Shown here piece by piece: positions 42,713-52,797 of a stretch of 64,000 nucleotides of DNA. The position numbers and the translations under genes were made by a program. Location of the stretch: contig JBFWNV010000001.1 of assembly GCA_050250875.1 (NCBI GenBank), forward strand, positions 1,619,891-1,683,890, written 5' to 3'. The notes under the pieces are model-generated. The model searched no databases, was not told the origin of the DNA, and was given only the letters and a program-made list of their open reading frames with translations. The DNA comes from Vicinamibacterales bacterium. GTDB lineage: Bacteria; Acidobacteriota; Vicinamibacteria; Vicinamibacterales; UBA2999. The stretch's first letter is position 1. Each line of letters opens with the position of its first letter.

Positions 42713-43033
42713 TCAGTCGTCGTCGAATTCGAAGGCCACCGTCACCCGCGCGCCCTCTTCCTTCACGCCGCGGACGCGCCTGGGCACGGGCAGGAAGCCC
42801 GACCCGTCCTTGCTGCGCCAGAGGCTCGTGCTCCAGGCCACGCCGTCGAGTTCGGCGCGGATGGGCGTGCGACCCCAGGCCCGGGTGATCGGCGGCGCCA
42901 GCCGCTGGGGCACCTGCACGTAAGTCCAGCCGCCTTTGCCGGGGATGCGGGCCAGAACGGCGCGGAACGGGCCGCGCCGGATTGACGCTCGGGGCACGTT
43001 CGAAGCGTGGACTTGCGCCGACGTGCGGCGCAA
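42713..43033 (-). CDS. DUF1905-family protein
   Basis: Track ORF, 106 aa. FRAVLARIPGKGGWTYVQVPQRLA...VTVAFEFDDD fits the small DUF1905 beta-barrel family. It lies 15 nt downstream of yceI on the same strand. The start codon is uncertain. Confidence 0.6.
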   Translation of the reverse strand: MRRTSAQVHASNVPRASIRRGPFRAVLARIPGKGGWTYVQVPQRLAPPITRAWGRTPIRAELDGVAWSTSLWRSKDGSGFLPVPRRVRGVKEEGARVTVAFEFDDD

Positions 43034-43048
43034 GCCCCTTCTCGTCCG

Positions 43049-43594
43049 CTAGGCCACCCTGGTCGCGGCCTGACGCACCGCCTCGACCTCGATCTCGAGC
43101 GTCACGGTGTCGCCGACCATCACGCCGCCGGTCTCGAGCACCTGGTTCCAGCCCAGGCCGAACGCCTTGCGGTCGAGGGTGGTCCGCGCCGAGAACGCCG
43201 CGCGCTGGTTGCCCCACGGGTCCTTCACCGTGCCGAGCGACTCGACGTCGAGGGCGATCTCGCGGCTGATGCCCTTGAGCGTCAGCTGGCCGACCAGGCG
43301 GTAGTCGTCGCCGCGCTTCTCGATCCCCGAGCTCTTGAAGGTGGCGTCGGGGAACTGCGCCACGTCGAAGAAGTCGGCCGACTTGAGGTGCGTGTCGCGG
43401 TCGGCGACGCCGGTTTCGATGCTCGAGGTGTCGATGGTCGCTTCGACGGTGGCCTGGCTGAAGTCGCCGTCGGGGACGACCACGGCGCCGCTCCACCGGC
43501 CGAACTGGCCGCGCACCTTGGCGATGACGAGGTGGCGCACCGAGAAGTGGATGCCGGAGTGGCTGCTGTCGATTTCCCAACGCTGCGTGGCCAT
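43049..43594 (-). CDS. YceI-like polyisoprenoid-binding protein
   Basis: Track ORF 43049..43663 trimmed to Met24 (ATG 43594, with AGGAG 9 nt upstream). MATQRWEIDSSHSGIHFSVRHLVIAKVRGQFGRWSG is the YceI-family signature. Confidence 0.9.
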   Translation of the reverse strand: MATQRWEIDSSHSGIHFSVRHLVIAKVRGQFGRWSGAVVVPDGDFSQATVEATIDTSSIETGVADRDTHLKSADFFDVAQFPDATFKSSGIEKRGDDYRLVGQLTLKGISREIALDVESLGTVKDPWGNQRAAFSARTTLDRKAFGLGWNQVLETGGVMVGDTVTLEIEVEAVRQAATRVA

Positions 43595-43646
43595 GTCTGT
43601 AAGCTCCTGAATGAGTTGTCCGACTGTCGAGCGATACTCACAACAG

Positions 43647-43662
43647 AGCAACAGTCGTGCCA
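43647..43662 (-). promoter_or_regulatory. Sigma-54 (-24/-12) promoter for yceI-DUF1905
   Basis: The minus strand reads TGGCACGACTGTTGCT, matching the consensus TGGCACG-N4-TTGCW at every conserved position. It lies about 50 nt upstream of the yceI ATG, in the divergent region shared with a sigma-54 activator gene. Confidence 0.7.
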
Positions 43663-43757
43663 TAACGTCTGATGTTGAAAATCAACAACTTGGTGGCGAT
43701 ATCAGTCAAAATGACAATCGAAATGATAATCTAGACTCTCACAATGAGAGTTTTCCC

Positions 43758-45389
<1,632 letters not shown>

Positions 45390-45445
45390 CGGCTGGCGGC
45401 CAGGACGCCTTGACCAGGCGATTGCCACTCTGCTCTAGTGACGCG

Positions 45446-45931
45446 GTGTCCGGCCGCCTGCGGATCGACGTCGTGGTCAACGGCACGGCGCGCGCCGGCG
45501 AGGTCGAACCCCGGCTCCTGCTGAGCGACTTCCTGCGCCAGGACCTCGGCCTCACCGGCACGCACGTCGGCTGCGAGCACGGCGTCTGCGGCGCGTGCAC
45601 GGTGCTGGTGGACGACCAGCCGGTGCGAGCCTGCCTGATGTTCGCCGTGCAGGCCGACGGCACCAGGGTGACCACCGTCGAAGCGCTCGCCGCGCCGGAC
45701 GACGGCGCGCTCAATCCGCTGCAGGCGGCGTTTCGCGACGCGCATGCCCTGCAGTGCGGCTTCTGCACGCCCGGCATCCTGATGAGCATGACGGCGTTCC
45801 TGCGCGAACAGCCGGCGCCGTCCGAGGCGGCGATCCGCGAGGCGCTCTCCGGTCACCTGTGCCGCTGCACCGGCTACGCCAACATCGTCCGCGCGGTCGC
45901 CCACGCCGCCCATGACGCGCGTCCTCGGTAG
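45446..45931 (+). CDS. Molybdenum hydroxylase small subunit, [2Fe-2S] (CoxS-like)
   Basis: This is track ORF 45410..45931; I prefer the in-frame GTG at 45446 (MSGRLRIDVVVNG...). The cluster motifs are CEHGVCGACTV, CGFCTPG and CRCTGY. Confidence 0.88.
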   Translation: MSGRLRIDVVVNGTARAGEVEPRLLLSDFLRQDLGLTGTHVGCEHGVCGACTVLVDDQPVRACLMFAVQADGTRVTTVEALAAPDDGALNPLQAAFRDAHALQCGFCTPGILMSMTAFLREQPAPSEAAIREALSGHLCRCTGYANIVRAVAHAAHDARPR

Positions 45932-48260
45932 CCGCGTCCCCCGCAACGAAGACGCGCGGCTGCTCACCGGCCGGGCGCTGTTCGTCGACGACGTCCAGCG
46001 CGAGGGCATGCTCCACGTGGCGTTCCGCCGCAGCGACCGCGCGCATGGCCGGTTGCGGTCGGTGGACGTGACGGCGGCGCGGGCCCGGCCCGGCGTCGTC
46101 GCCGTGTACACCGCCGCCGACCTGGGCGACTACTGGCAGCCGGGTCCGCTGCTGGTGCCGCCGCCGCCGGTGCCCGGCATGACCTTCAACGCCTGCACGC
46201 AGGTGCCGCTGGCCCGCGACAAGGTGCGCTACGCCGGCGAGCCGGTGGCGATGGTGGTGGCCGAGAGCCGCTACGTGGCCGAGGACGCGGCGGCCGACGT
46301 CGTCGTCGCCGTCGAGCCGCTCGAGGCGGTCGTCGATCTGGAAGCGGCGCTGGCGCCGTCGGCGCCGCGGCTGCACGAGCACCTGCCGTCGAACCTGGCC
46401 GCTCACGTGCACCAGACCAAGGGCGACTACGCCGCCGCCCGCGCCGCCGCCCAGCTGGTCGTCGCCCGCCGCTTCCGTTACGACCGCGGCGCCGCGGCGG
46501 CGATCGAGAACCGCGCCGTCGCCGCCCAGTGGGATCCGCGCAGCGAGCAGCTCACCGTGTGGGACACCACCCAGGCGCCGATTCCCATCAGGAACGGCCT
46601 GGCCCGGATGCTCGGCCTGGCCGAGTCGCAGGTGCAGGTGATCGCGCCATTCGTCGGCGGCGGGTTCGGGCCGAAGATCATGATGTTCTACCCCGAGGAG
46701 GTGCTCGTGCCGTGGGCGGCGCGGGCGCTCGGCCGGCCGGTGAAGTGGACCGAGGACCGGCTCGAGAACTTCGTCGCCACCACCCAGGAGCGCAGCCAGA
46801 TCCACGACGCCGAGATCGCGCTCGCCGCCGACGGCCGCATCCTCGGCGTGAAGGACGTCTTCCTGCACGACACCGGCGCCTACGACCCCTACGGCCTCAC
46901 CGTGCCGATCAACTCGCAGTGCACGCTGCTCGGCGTCTACCGCGTGCCGGCCTACGACAGCGAGTTCCGCGCCGTCTTCACCACCACGCCGATCGTGACG
47001 CCGGTGCGCGGCGCCGGCCGCCAGCACGGCGTGTTCGTGATGGAGCGACTGCTCGACCTGGCGGCCCGGCAGCTCGGGATCGACCGGCTCGAAATCCGCC
47101 GCCGCAACCTGCTTCGTCCGGACGAGTTCCCGCACGATCACGGCATCGTCTTCCAGGACTTCACCTCGCTCACCTACGACAGCGGCGACTACCTGCCGGC
47201 GATGGAGCAGGCGGCGGAGATGATCGGCTACGACCGCTTCCGGCGCGAGGAGCAGCCGCGGCTGCGCGCCGAGGGGCGCCGGGTCGGCATCGGCCTGGTG
47301 AACTACGTCGAGGGCACCGGCATCGGCCCGTACGAGGGCGCGCGGGTCACCGTCGAGCCGAGCGGCCTGGTGCGCGTGGCGACCGGCGTGGGCACGCAGG
47401 GGCAGGGCCACTTCACGGCGTTCGCGCAGATCGTCGCCGAGGTGCTCGGCGTGGACGTGGCCGCCGTGCGGGTCGTGACCGGCGACACCCGCGAGTTCAA
47501 CTGGGGCACCGGCACCTTCGCCAGTCGCGGCGCCGTGGTGGCCGGCACGGCGTGTCATCAGGCGGCGGTGGCGGTGCGGCAGAAGGTCTTCGAGCTGGCC
47601 GCGCGCCTGCTCGGCGTCTCCGCCGACGATCTCGTGCTCGCCGCTGGACGCGTGCATCGCGCCGGCGACCCGGCTGCGGGGCTGGCGCTCGGCGAGCTGG
47701 CGGCGAAGGCCAACCCGCTGCGCGGCGCGGTCACGGCCGGCGTCGAACCCGGCCTCGAGGCCACGGCCTATTTCGGGCCCGACCGCGGCAGCACGGCCAA
47801 CGGCGTGCACGCGATGATCGTCGAGGTCGATCCCGACACGGCGATCGCCCGCATCCGGCGCTACGTCGTCGTCCACGACTGCGGCCACCTGGTGAACCCG
47901 ACCATCGTCGAAGGCCAGATCCAGGGCGGCGTCGCCCACGGCATCGGCAACGCGTTCTACGAGCAGCTGGTGTTCGATCGCCAGGGACAGCTGACCACGG
48001 CGTCGTTCATGGACTACCTGCTGCCGCTCGCCACCGACGTGCCCGACGTGGAGATGGCGCACCGCGAGACCGCGGCGCCGGGCAACCCGGCGGGGCTCAA
48101 GGGCGTCGGCGAGGCCGGCTGCATCGCCACCGGCGCCCTCTTCGCCCAGGCGGTCGAGGACGCGCTGGGCGGGGACGTGGAGATCCTCGAGATTCCGCTC
48201 AGCCCGAACCGCCTGTTCGAGCTGATGCAGGCGACCGCCGCCAAGGGCCCGACGGCATGA
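45912..48260 (+). CDS. Molybdenum hydroxylase large subunit, molybdopterin-binding (CoxL/xanthine-dehydrogenase family)
   Basis: Track ORF, 782 aa. The N-terminus is RVPRNEDARLLTGRALFVDDV, with FVGGGFGPK and GVGEAGCIATGA. It overlaps the small-subunit gene by 20 nt. Confidence 0.9.
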   Translation: MTRVLGSRVPRNEDARLLTGRALFVDDVQREGMLHVAFRRSDRAHGRLRSVDVTAARARPGVVAVYTAADLGDYWQPGPLLVPPPPVPGMTFNACTQVPLARDKVRYAGEPVAMVVAESRYVAEDAAADVVVAVEPLEAVVDLEAALAPSAPRLHEHLPSNLAAHVHQTKGDYAAARAAAQLVVARRFRYDRGAAAAIENRAVAAQWDPRSEQLTVWDTTQAPIPIRNGLARMLGLAESQVQVIAPFVGGGFGPKIMMFYPEEVLVPWAARALGRPVKWTEDRLENFVATTQERSQIHDAEIALAADGRILGVKDVFLHDTGAYDPYGLTVPINSQCTLLGVYRVPAYDSEFRAVFTTTPIVTPVRGAGRQHGVFVMERLLDLAARQLGIDRLEIRRRNLLRPDEFPHDHGIVFQDFTSLTYDSGDYLPAMEQAAEMIGYDRFRREEQPRLRAEGRRVGIGLVNYVEGTGIGPYEGARVTVEPSGLVRVATGVGTQGQGHFTAFAQIVAEVLGVDVAAVRVVTGDTREFNWGTGTFASRGAVVAGTACHQAAVAVRQKVFELAARLLGVSADDLVLAAGRVHRAGDPAAGLALGELAAKANPLRGAVTAGVEPGLEATAYFGPDRGSTANGVHAMIVEVDPDTAIARIRRYVVVHDCGHLVNPTIVEGQIQGGVAHGIGNAFYEQLVFDRQGQLTTASFMDYLLPLATDVPDVEMAHRETAAPGNPAGLKGVGEAGCIATGALFAQAVEDALGGDVEILEIPLSPNRLFELMQATAAKGPTA

Positions 48261-49132
48261 AGCCGGCGCCGTTCGCGTATCACCGGCCGGCGACGCTCGA
48301 CGAAGCGCTCCACCTGCTGGCCGAGCACGGCGGCGACGCCAAGCCGCTGGCCGGCGGCCAGAGCCTGGTGCCGGCGATGAACTTCCGCCTCGCCCAGCCG
48401 GCGGTGCTCGTCGACCTGAACCGGCTGGCTGGACTTGCCGCCCTCGAGCGACACGACCTCGGGAGTCGTTTCGGCGCCATGGCACGTCACCGCGACCTGG
48501 AGCACAGCCCGGTCGTGGCCGAGCGCGCACCGCTGGTCGCCGCGGCGATGCCGTGGGTGGCGCATCCGCCGATCCGGACCCGTGGCACGCTCGGCGGCAG
48601 CCTGGCGCACGCCGACCCGGCGGCGGAGCTGCCGGCGGTGATGCTGGCGCTCGACGCCTCGATCGGCGTGCGGCACCAGACCGGCTCGCGCGCCATCGCG
48701 GCCGCCGACTTCTTCCTCGGCCTGTTCACGACCGCGCTGGCGCCCGGCGAGCTGATCGTGGACGTCACGGTGCCGCCGCCGCCGCCGCGGAGCGGCTGGG
48801 CCATCGACGAGGTGTCGCGGCGGCACGGCGACTTCGCGCTGGCCGGCGCCGCGGCCTTCGTCACGCTCGACGACGAGGGCCGCGTCGGCACGGCGCGGAT
48901 TGGCCTGTTCGGCGTCCACGACTGCGCGGTGCGCGCCGTCAATGCCGAGCGGATCCTGGCGGGCCAGGCGCCGACCGACCAGGCGATCGCCGCCGCCGCC
49001 GACGCCGCTGCCCGGCGCGATGCCAGCCCGGTGACCGACCTGCACGCCTCCGTGCTCTATCGCCGCCATCTGACCGGCGTGCTGGTGCGGCGGGTCGTGG
49101 CCCGCGCCGCCGCGCGCGCCGGTTCGAACTGA
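48257..49132 (+). CDS. Molybdenum hydroxylase medium subunit, FAD-binding (CoxM-like)
   Basis: This is the last 291 aa of track ORF 46529..49132, starting at ATG 48257 (ATGA overlap). MKPAPFAYHRPATLDEALHLLAEHGGDAKPLAGGQSLVPAMNFRLA is the typical FAD_binding_5 N-terminus. Confidence 0.88.
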   Translation: MKPAPFAYHRPATLDEALHLLAEHGGDAKPLAGGQSLVPAMNFRLAQPAVLVDLNRLAGLAALERHDLGSRFGAMARHRDLEHSPVVAERAPLVAAAMPWVAHPPIRTRGTLGGSLAHADPAAELPAVMLALDASIGVRHQTGSRAIAAADFFLGLFTTALAPGELIVDVTVPPPPPRSGWAIDEVSRRHGDFALAGAAAFVTLDDEGRVGTARIGLFGVHDCAVRAVNAERILAGQAPTDQAIAAAADAAARRDASPVTDLHASVLYRRHLTGVLVRRVVARAAARAGSN

Positions 49133-49136
49133 CGTC

Positions 49137-50561
49137 ATGGCGGCGCCGCTCATCAACGCCGACCTGGCGCCGACGGCACCGGCTGCCCGTACGTGGAACC
49201 TCTGGCACATCGCCTCGCTCTGGGTCGGCATGAGCGTGTGCATCCCGAGCTACATGCTGGCCTCGACGATGATCGGCGCCGGCATGGGCTGGCGGGCCAG
49301 CCTGCTGGCGGTGTTCCTCGGCAACCTGATCGTGCTCGCGCCCATGGTCGTCACCGCGCACGCCGGCACCCGCTACGGCATCCCGTTCCCGGTCTTCGCC
49401 CGCGCCGCCTTCGGCACGCGCGGCACCCACGTGCCGTCGCTGCTCCGGGCGGTGGTGGCGTGCGGCTGGTTCGGCATCCAGACCTGGGTCGGCGGCCTGG
49501 CCATCCACGCGCTGCTCGGGGTGGCCTGGCCGGCCTTCACCGCGCTCGGCGGCGGCTGGCGGTTCATGGATCACACCGCGGCCGAGTTCGTGAGCTTCTT
49601 CGTGTTCTGGGCCGTCAACCTCTACTTCGTCTGGGCCGGCACCGAGAGCATCAAGTGGCTCGAGACGGTGTCGGCGCCGCTGCTGATCGCGCTGTCGCTG
49701 TCGCTCCTGTGGTGGGGCGCCTCGGCGGCCGGCGGCGTCGGTGCGATGCTGGCCGGCGCCGACCGCTTGAGCGCCGGCGGCGGCGGGGCAGGGCTCGCCG
49801 TGTTCCTGCCGTGGGTCACGGCGATGGTCGGCTACTGGGCGACGCTGTCGCTGAACATCCCCGACTTCTCGCGCTTCGCGCGCACCCAGCGCGACCAGGC
49901 CGTGGGGCAGGCCCTGGGCCTGCTCACCACGATGCCGTTCATCGCCTTCATCGGCGTGGCCGTGACCGGGGCCACGGTGGTGGCGTTCGGCGAGGCGGTG
50001 TGGAACCCCGTGGACCTGCTGGCCCGGCTCAGCGAGCGGTCGGGGAACCCGCTGCTCGGCGTCGTGGCCATGGCGGCGCTGCTCGTCGCCACGCTGACCA
50101 CCAACATCGCCGCCAACATCGTCGCCCCGGCCAACAGCTTCTCGAACCTGGCCCCGCAGCGTGTGGGCTTCCGGCTCGGCGGCCTCATCGCCGGCGCGAT
50201 CGGCGTCCTCATCGTGCCGTGGGCGCTGCTCGATCGGTATCAGACCTGGCTCATCACCTACTCGGGCCTGCTCGGCGCGGCGGCCGGCGTGCTGCTGGCC
50301 GACTACGTGCTGGTGCGGCGCGGCGTGCTGGTGGTGGAAGAGCTGTACGACCCCCGAGGCCGTTACGCCTATCGCGACGGCGTGAACCCGGCGGCGATGG
50401 TCGCGCTCGCCGCCGGCGTCGCCACCGCGCTCGTCGGGCTGGTCGTGCCCGGGCTGCGGCTGCTGTTCGACGCCGCGTGGTTCTCGGGCGCGATCGTCGC
50501 GGCGGTCGTGTATCGTGCGCTGATGCGCGGCGAAGCCGTGCCCTTCCCGGAGCGTCCATGA
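49137..50561 (+). CDS. NCS1-family nucleobase/hydantoin-type cation symporter
   Basis: Track ORF, 474 aa. DLAPTAPAARTWNLWHIASLWVGMSVCIPSYML and GTRYGIPFPVFARAAFGTRG...GWFGIQTWVGG are NCS1 signatures. Confidence 0.88.
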   Translation: MAAPLINADLAPTAPAARTWNLWHIASLWVGMSVCIPSYMLASTMIGAGMGWRASLLAVFLGNLIVLAPMVVTAHAGTRYGIPFPVFARAAFGTRGTHVPSLLRAVVACGWFGIQTWVGGLAIHALLGVAWPAFTALGGGWRFMDHTAAEFVSFFVFWAVNLYFVWAGTESIKWLETVSAPLLIALSLSLLWWGASAAGGVGAMLAGADRLSAGGGGAGLAVFLPWVTAMVGYWATLSLNIPDFSRFARTQRDQAVGQALGLLTTMPFIAFIGVAVTGATVVAFGEAVWNPVDLLARLSERSGNPLLGVVAMAALLVATLTTNIAANIVAPANSFSNLAPQRVGFRLGGLIAGAIGVLIVPWALLDRYQTWLITYSGLLGAAAGVLLADYVLVRRGVLVVEELYDPRGRYAYRDGVNPAAMVALAAGVATALVGLVVPGLRLLFDAAWFSGAIVAAVVYRALMRGEAVPFPERP

Positions 50562-51355
50562 AGACCTACGACCTGTCGCAGCCGCTCAACCAGGAGTGCT
50601 CGTTCTGGCCGTTCTACCCGCCGTTCGAGGTCAAGTACATCAAGCGCAAGGCCGAGCACGGCGTCAACGCGCAGTACATCATGACGTCGAACCACATGGG
50701 CACGCATCTGGATGCGCCGCGGCACTTCGTGACCAGCGGCATGACCATCGACGAGATTCCGGTCGAGTGGCTGTGCGGTCCCGGCGCGCTGGTCGATCTC
50801 TCCGACGCGATGGACGACTTCGATCTCTACACGCCGAAGATGATCGAGGACCGCGTCGAGGTGAAGCAGGGCGACCTGCTGTTCCTGCACACCGGCTGGG
50901 AGCGCTTCGCCCAGTTCGGGGCCACGCCCGACGAGGAGCGCTACATCCACCGCCATCCCGGCGCCCATCCCGACATGGTGCCGTGGCTGCTCGACAAGGG
51001 CATCCACATCTGGGGCGTGGACTGCATCTCGACCGACCATCCGATGAACCTGCCGATCGGCCGCTTCCTCGGCAAGGGCGCGCACGGCCACTGCGACCGG
51101 GTGCGCGCGGCGTGCGAGGCAAAGTTCGGCGGCCCCGACGGCGTGGCGGCGCTGTTTCCCGATTCGGCCTACCAGCTCACGCACAACGCGCTGTTCCCGG
51201 CCAACTGCATGCACATCGAGAACCTGGGCGGCGACATCGCCGCGCCCGAGCTGCAGAACCGCCGGCTGATCCTCGGCATCTTCCCGTGGAAGTTCCGCGG
51301 CGGCGAGGCGGCGTTCGCGCGGGCGGTGGCGTTCACGGGCGACTGGACGCCGTGA
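50558..51355 (+). CDS. Cyclase-family metal-dependent hydrolase (kynurenine formamidase / isatin hydrolase fold)
   Basis: This is the last 265 aa of track ORF 49193..51355, starting at ATG 50558 (ATGA overlap). It carries the HMGTHLDAPRH motif of the cyclase family. Confidence 0.85.
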   Translation: MKTYDLSQPLNQECSFWPFYPPFEVKYIKRKAEHGVNAQYIMTSNHMGTHLDAPRHFVTSGMTIDEIPVEWLCGPGALVDLSDAMDDFDLYTPKMIEDRVEVKQGDLLFLHTGWERFAQFGATPDEERYIHRHPGAHPDMVPWLLDKGIHIWGVDCISTDHPMNLPIGRFLGKGAHGHCDRVRAACEAKFGGPDGVAALFPDSAYQLTHNALFPANCMHIENLGGDIAAPELQNRRLILGIFPWKFRGGEAAFARAVAFTGDWTP

Positions 51356-52797
51356 GCACCGCCCCGCGTGCACTGGTCGATCGGTCCGCCACCGAGCTGC
51401 GCCACCTGGTGGCGACGCGGCAGGTGTCGGCGCGCGAGCTGCTGCGGGCCACCCTGGCGCGCATCGCGCAGGTGAACCCGGTGGTCAACGCCGTCGTCAC
51501 GCTGAACGAACGCGCCGAGATCGAGGCGCAGGCGGTGGACGACGCCCTGGCCCGCGGCGAGGCCCCGGGGGCGCTGTGCGGCCTGCCGGTGGGCATCAAG
51601 GACGTCACGCCGGTGGCCGGCGTGCGCACCACCTACGGCTCGCCGCTGTTCGTGCACCACGTGCCCGACCGCGACGCGGCCGTCGTCACCCGGCTGCGGC
51701 AGGCCGGCGCGGTGATCGTCGGCAAGACCAACTGTCCGGAGTTCGCCGCCGGCGGCAACACCTTCAACGAGGTGTTCGGACGCACCGTCAACCCGTGGGA
51801 TACCGCCAGGAGCGCCGGTGGATCGACCGGCGGCGGCGCCGCCGCGCTCGCCACCGGGATGATCGCCCTGGCCGAGGGCACCGATCTCGGCGGCTCGCTG
51901 CGCATCCCGGCGTCGTTCTGCGGCGTGTGCGGCATCCGGCCGTCGGTGGGCCTGGTGCCGACCGCGCCGACCGGCTGGGCCTGGGACACGCTGCAGGTGA
52001 GCGGGCCGATGGGCCGCACCCCCGCGGACGTGGCGTTGATGCTGCAGGCGATGGCCGGCGCGTCGCCCGCGGCGCCGCTGGGCCAGCCGATTGCCGGGCG
52101 CGATTTCGCGGCCGCCGTGGCCCGCGGGGTCCGGCGCGGACTGCGCGTCGCCTACGCGCCCGACCCGGCCGGGATCGGCATCGACGCCGACGTCGAGCGG
52201 GTCTGCCGCGCGGCCGTCGCCACGCTGGGCGAGGCCGGCGCCGTCGTCGCCGAGCACCCGCTCGATCTCGCCTTCGTCCGGCCGGCGTTCCTGGCGCTGC
52301 GCGGCCTGTGGTTCGTGACCCAGCTGCACGGGCAGCTGGCGCTGCGCGACCGCTTCGGGCCGAACGTCGCCGGCAACATCCGCGCCGGCCTGGAGACCTC
52401 CGTCGCGCAGCTGGCCGAGGCCGAGCAGGTGCGGGGCCGGCTCTGGGACCTGTGCCGCGATCTCTTCTCCGGCGTCGACTGCGTCGTCACGCCGTGCATG
52501 GCGGTGCCGCCGTTCCCGGTGACCGAGAACTACCCGGCGACCATCGCCGGCCGGCCGATGGCCACCTACGTGGACTGGATCGCGCCGACCTTCGTGTGGA
52601 GCATGACCGGTCTGCCGGTGGCGGCCGTGCCCGCCGGCCGCGACGCGCACGGCCTGCCGGTCGGCCTGCAGATCGTCGGTCCGCCGCTCGGCGAGGAAGT
52701 GGCGCTGGCCGTGGCCGCCGCGGTGGCGGAGCGCTGCCCGATCGGCGACAGTCCCCTGTCACGCTCCGCCCGGAACGGGGACGGTCCCCGGGCATGA
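51352..52797 (+). CDS. Amidase-signature family amidohydrolase
   Basis: This is the last 481 aa of track ORF 50596..52797, starting at GTG 51352 (GTGA overlap). The AS motifs are GLPVGIKD, GGSTGGGAAALA and GTDLGGSLRIPASFCG. Confidence 0.88.
   Translation: MSTAPRALVDRSATELRHLVATRQVSARELLRATLARIAQVNPVVNAVVTLNERAEIEAQAVDDALARGEAPGALCGLPVGIKDVTPVAGVRTTYGSPLFVHHVPDRDAAVVTRLRQAGAVIVGKTNCPEFAAGGNTFNEVFGRTVNPWDTARSAGGSTGGGAAALATGMIALAEGTDLGGSLRIPASFCGVCGIRPSVGLVPTAPTGWAWDTLQVSGPMGRTPADVALMLQAMAGASPAAPLGQPIAGRDFAAAVARGVRRGLRVAYAPDPAGIGIDADVERVCRAAVATLGEAGAVVAEHPLDLAFVRPAFLALRGLWFVTQLHGQLALRDRFGPNVAGNIRAGLETSVAQLAEAEQVRGRLWDLCRDLFSGVDCVVTPCMAVPPFPVTENYPATIAGRPMATYVDWIAPTFVWSMTGLPVAAVPAGRDAHGLPVGLQIVGPPLGEEVALAVAAAVAERCPIGDSPLSRSARNGDGPRA

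Noticed and set aside
43611-43757. N-terminal extension of the sigma-54 activator ORF (MSCPTVERYSQQSN...)
   Set aside because: It covers the AT-rich divergent promoter region, including the sigma-54 promoter on the other strand. Its codon usage is not GC3-biased. The family-typical N-terminus starts at Met50 (43758).
45711-48530. 939-aa ORF on the minus strand
   Set aside because: It is antisense to the CoxS/CoxL/CoxM-like genes and has an Arg/Gly/Ala-rich, motif-free translation. It is a shadow ORF.
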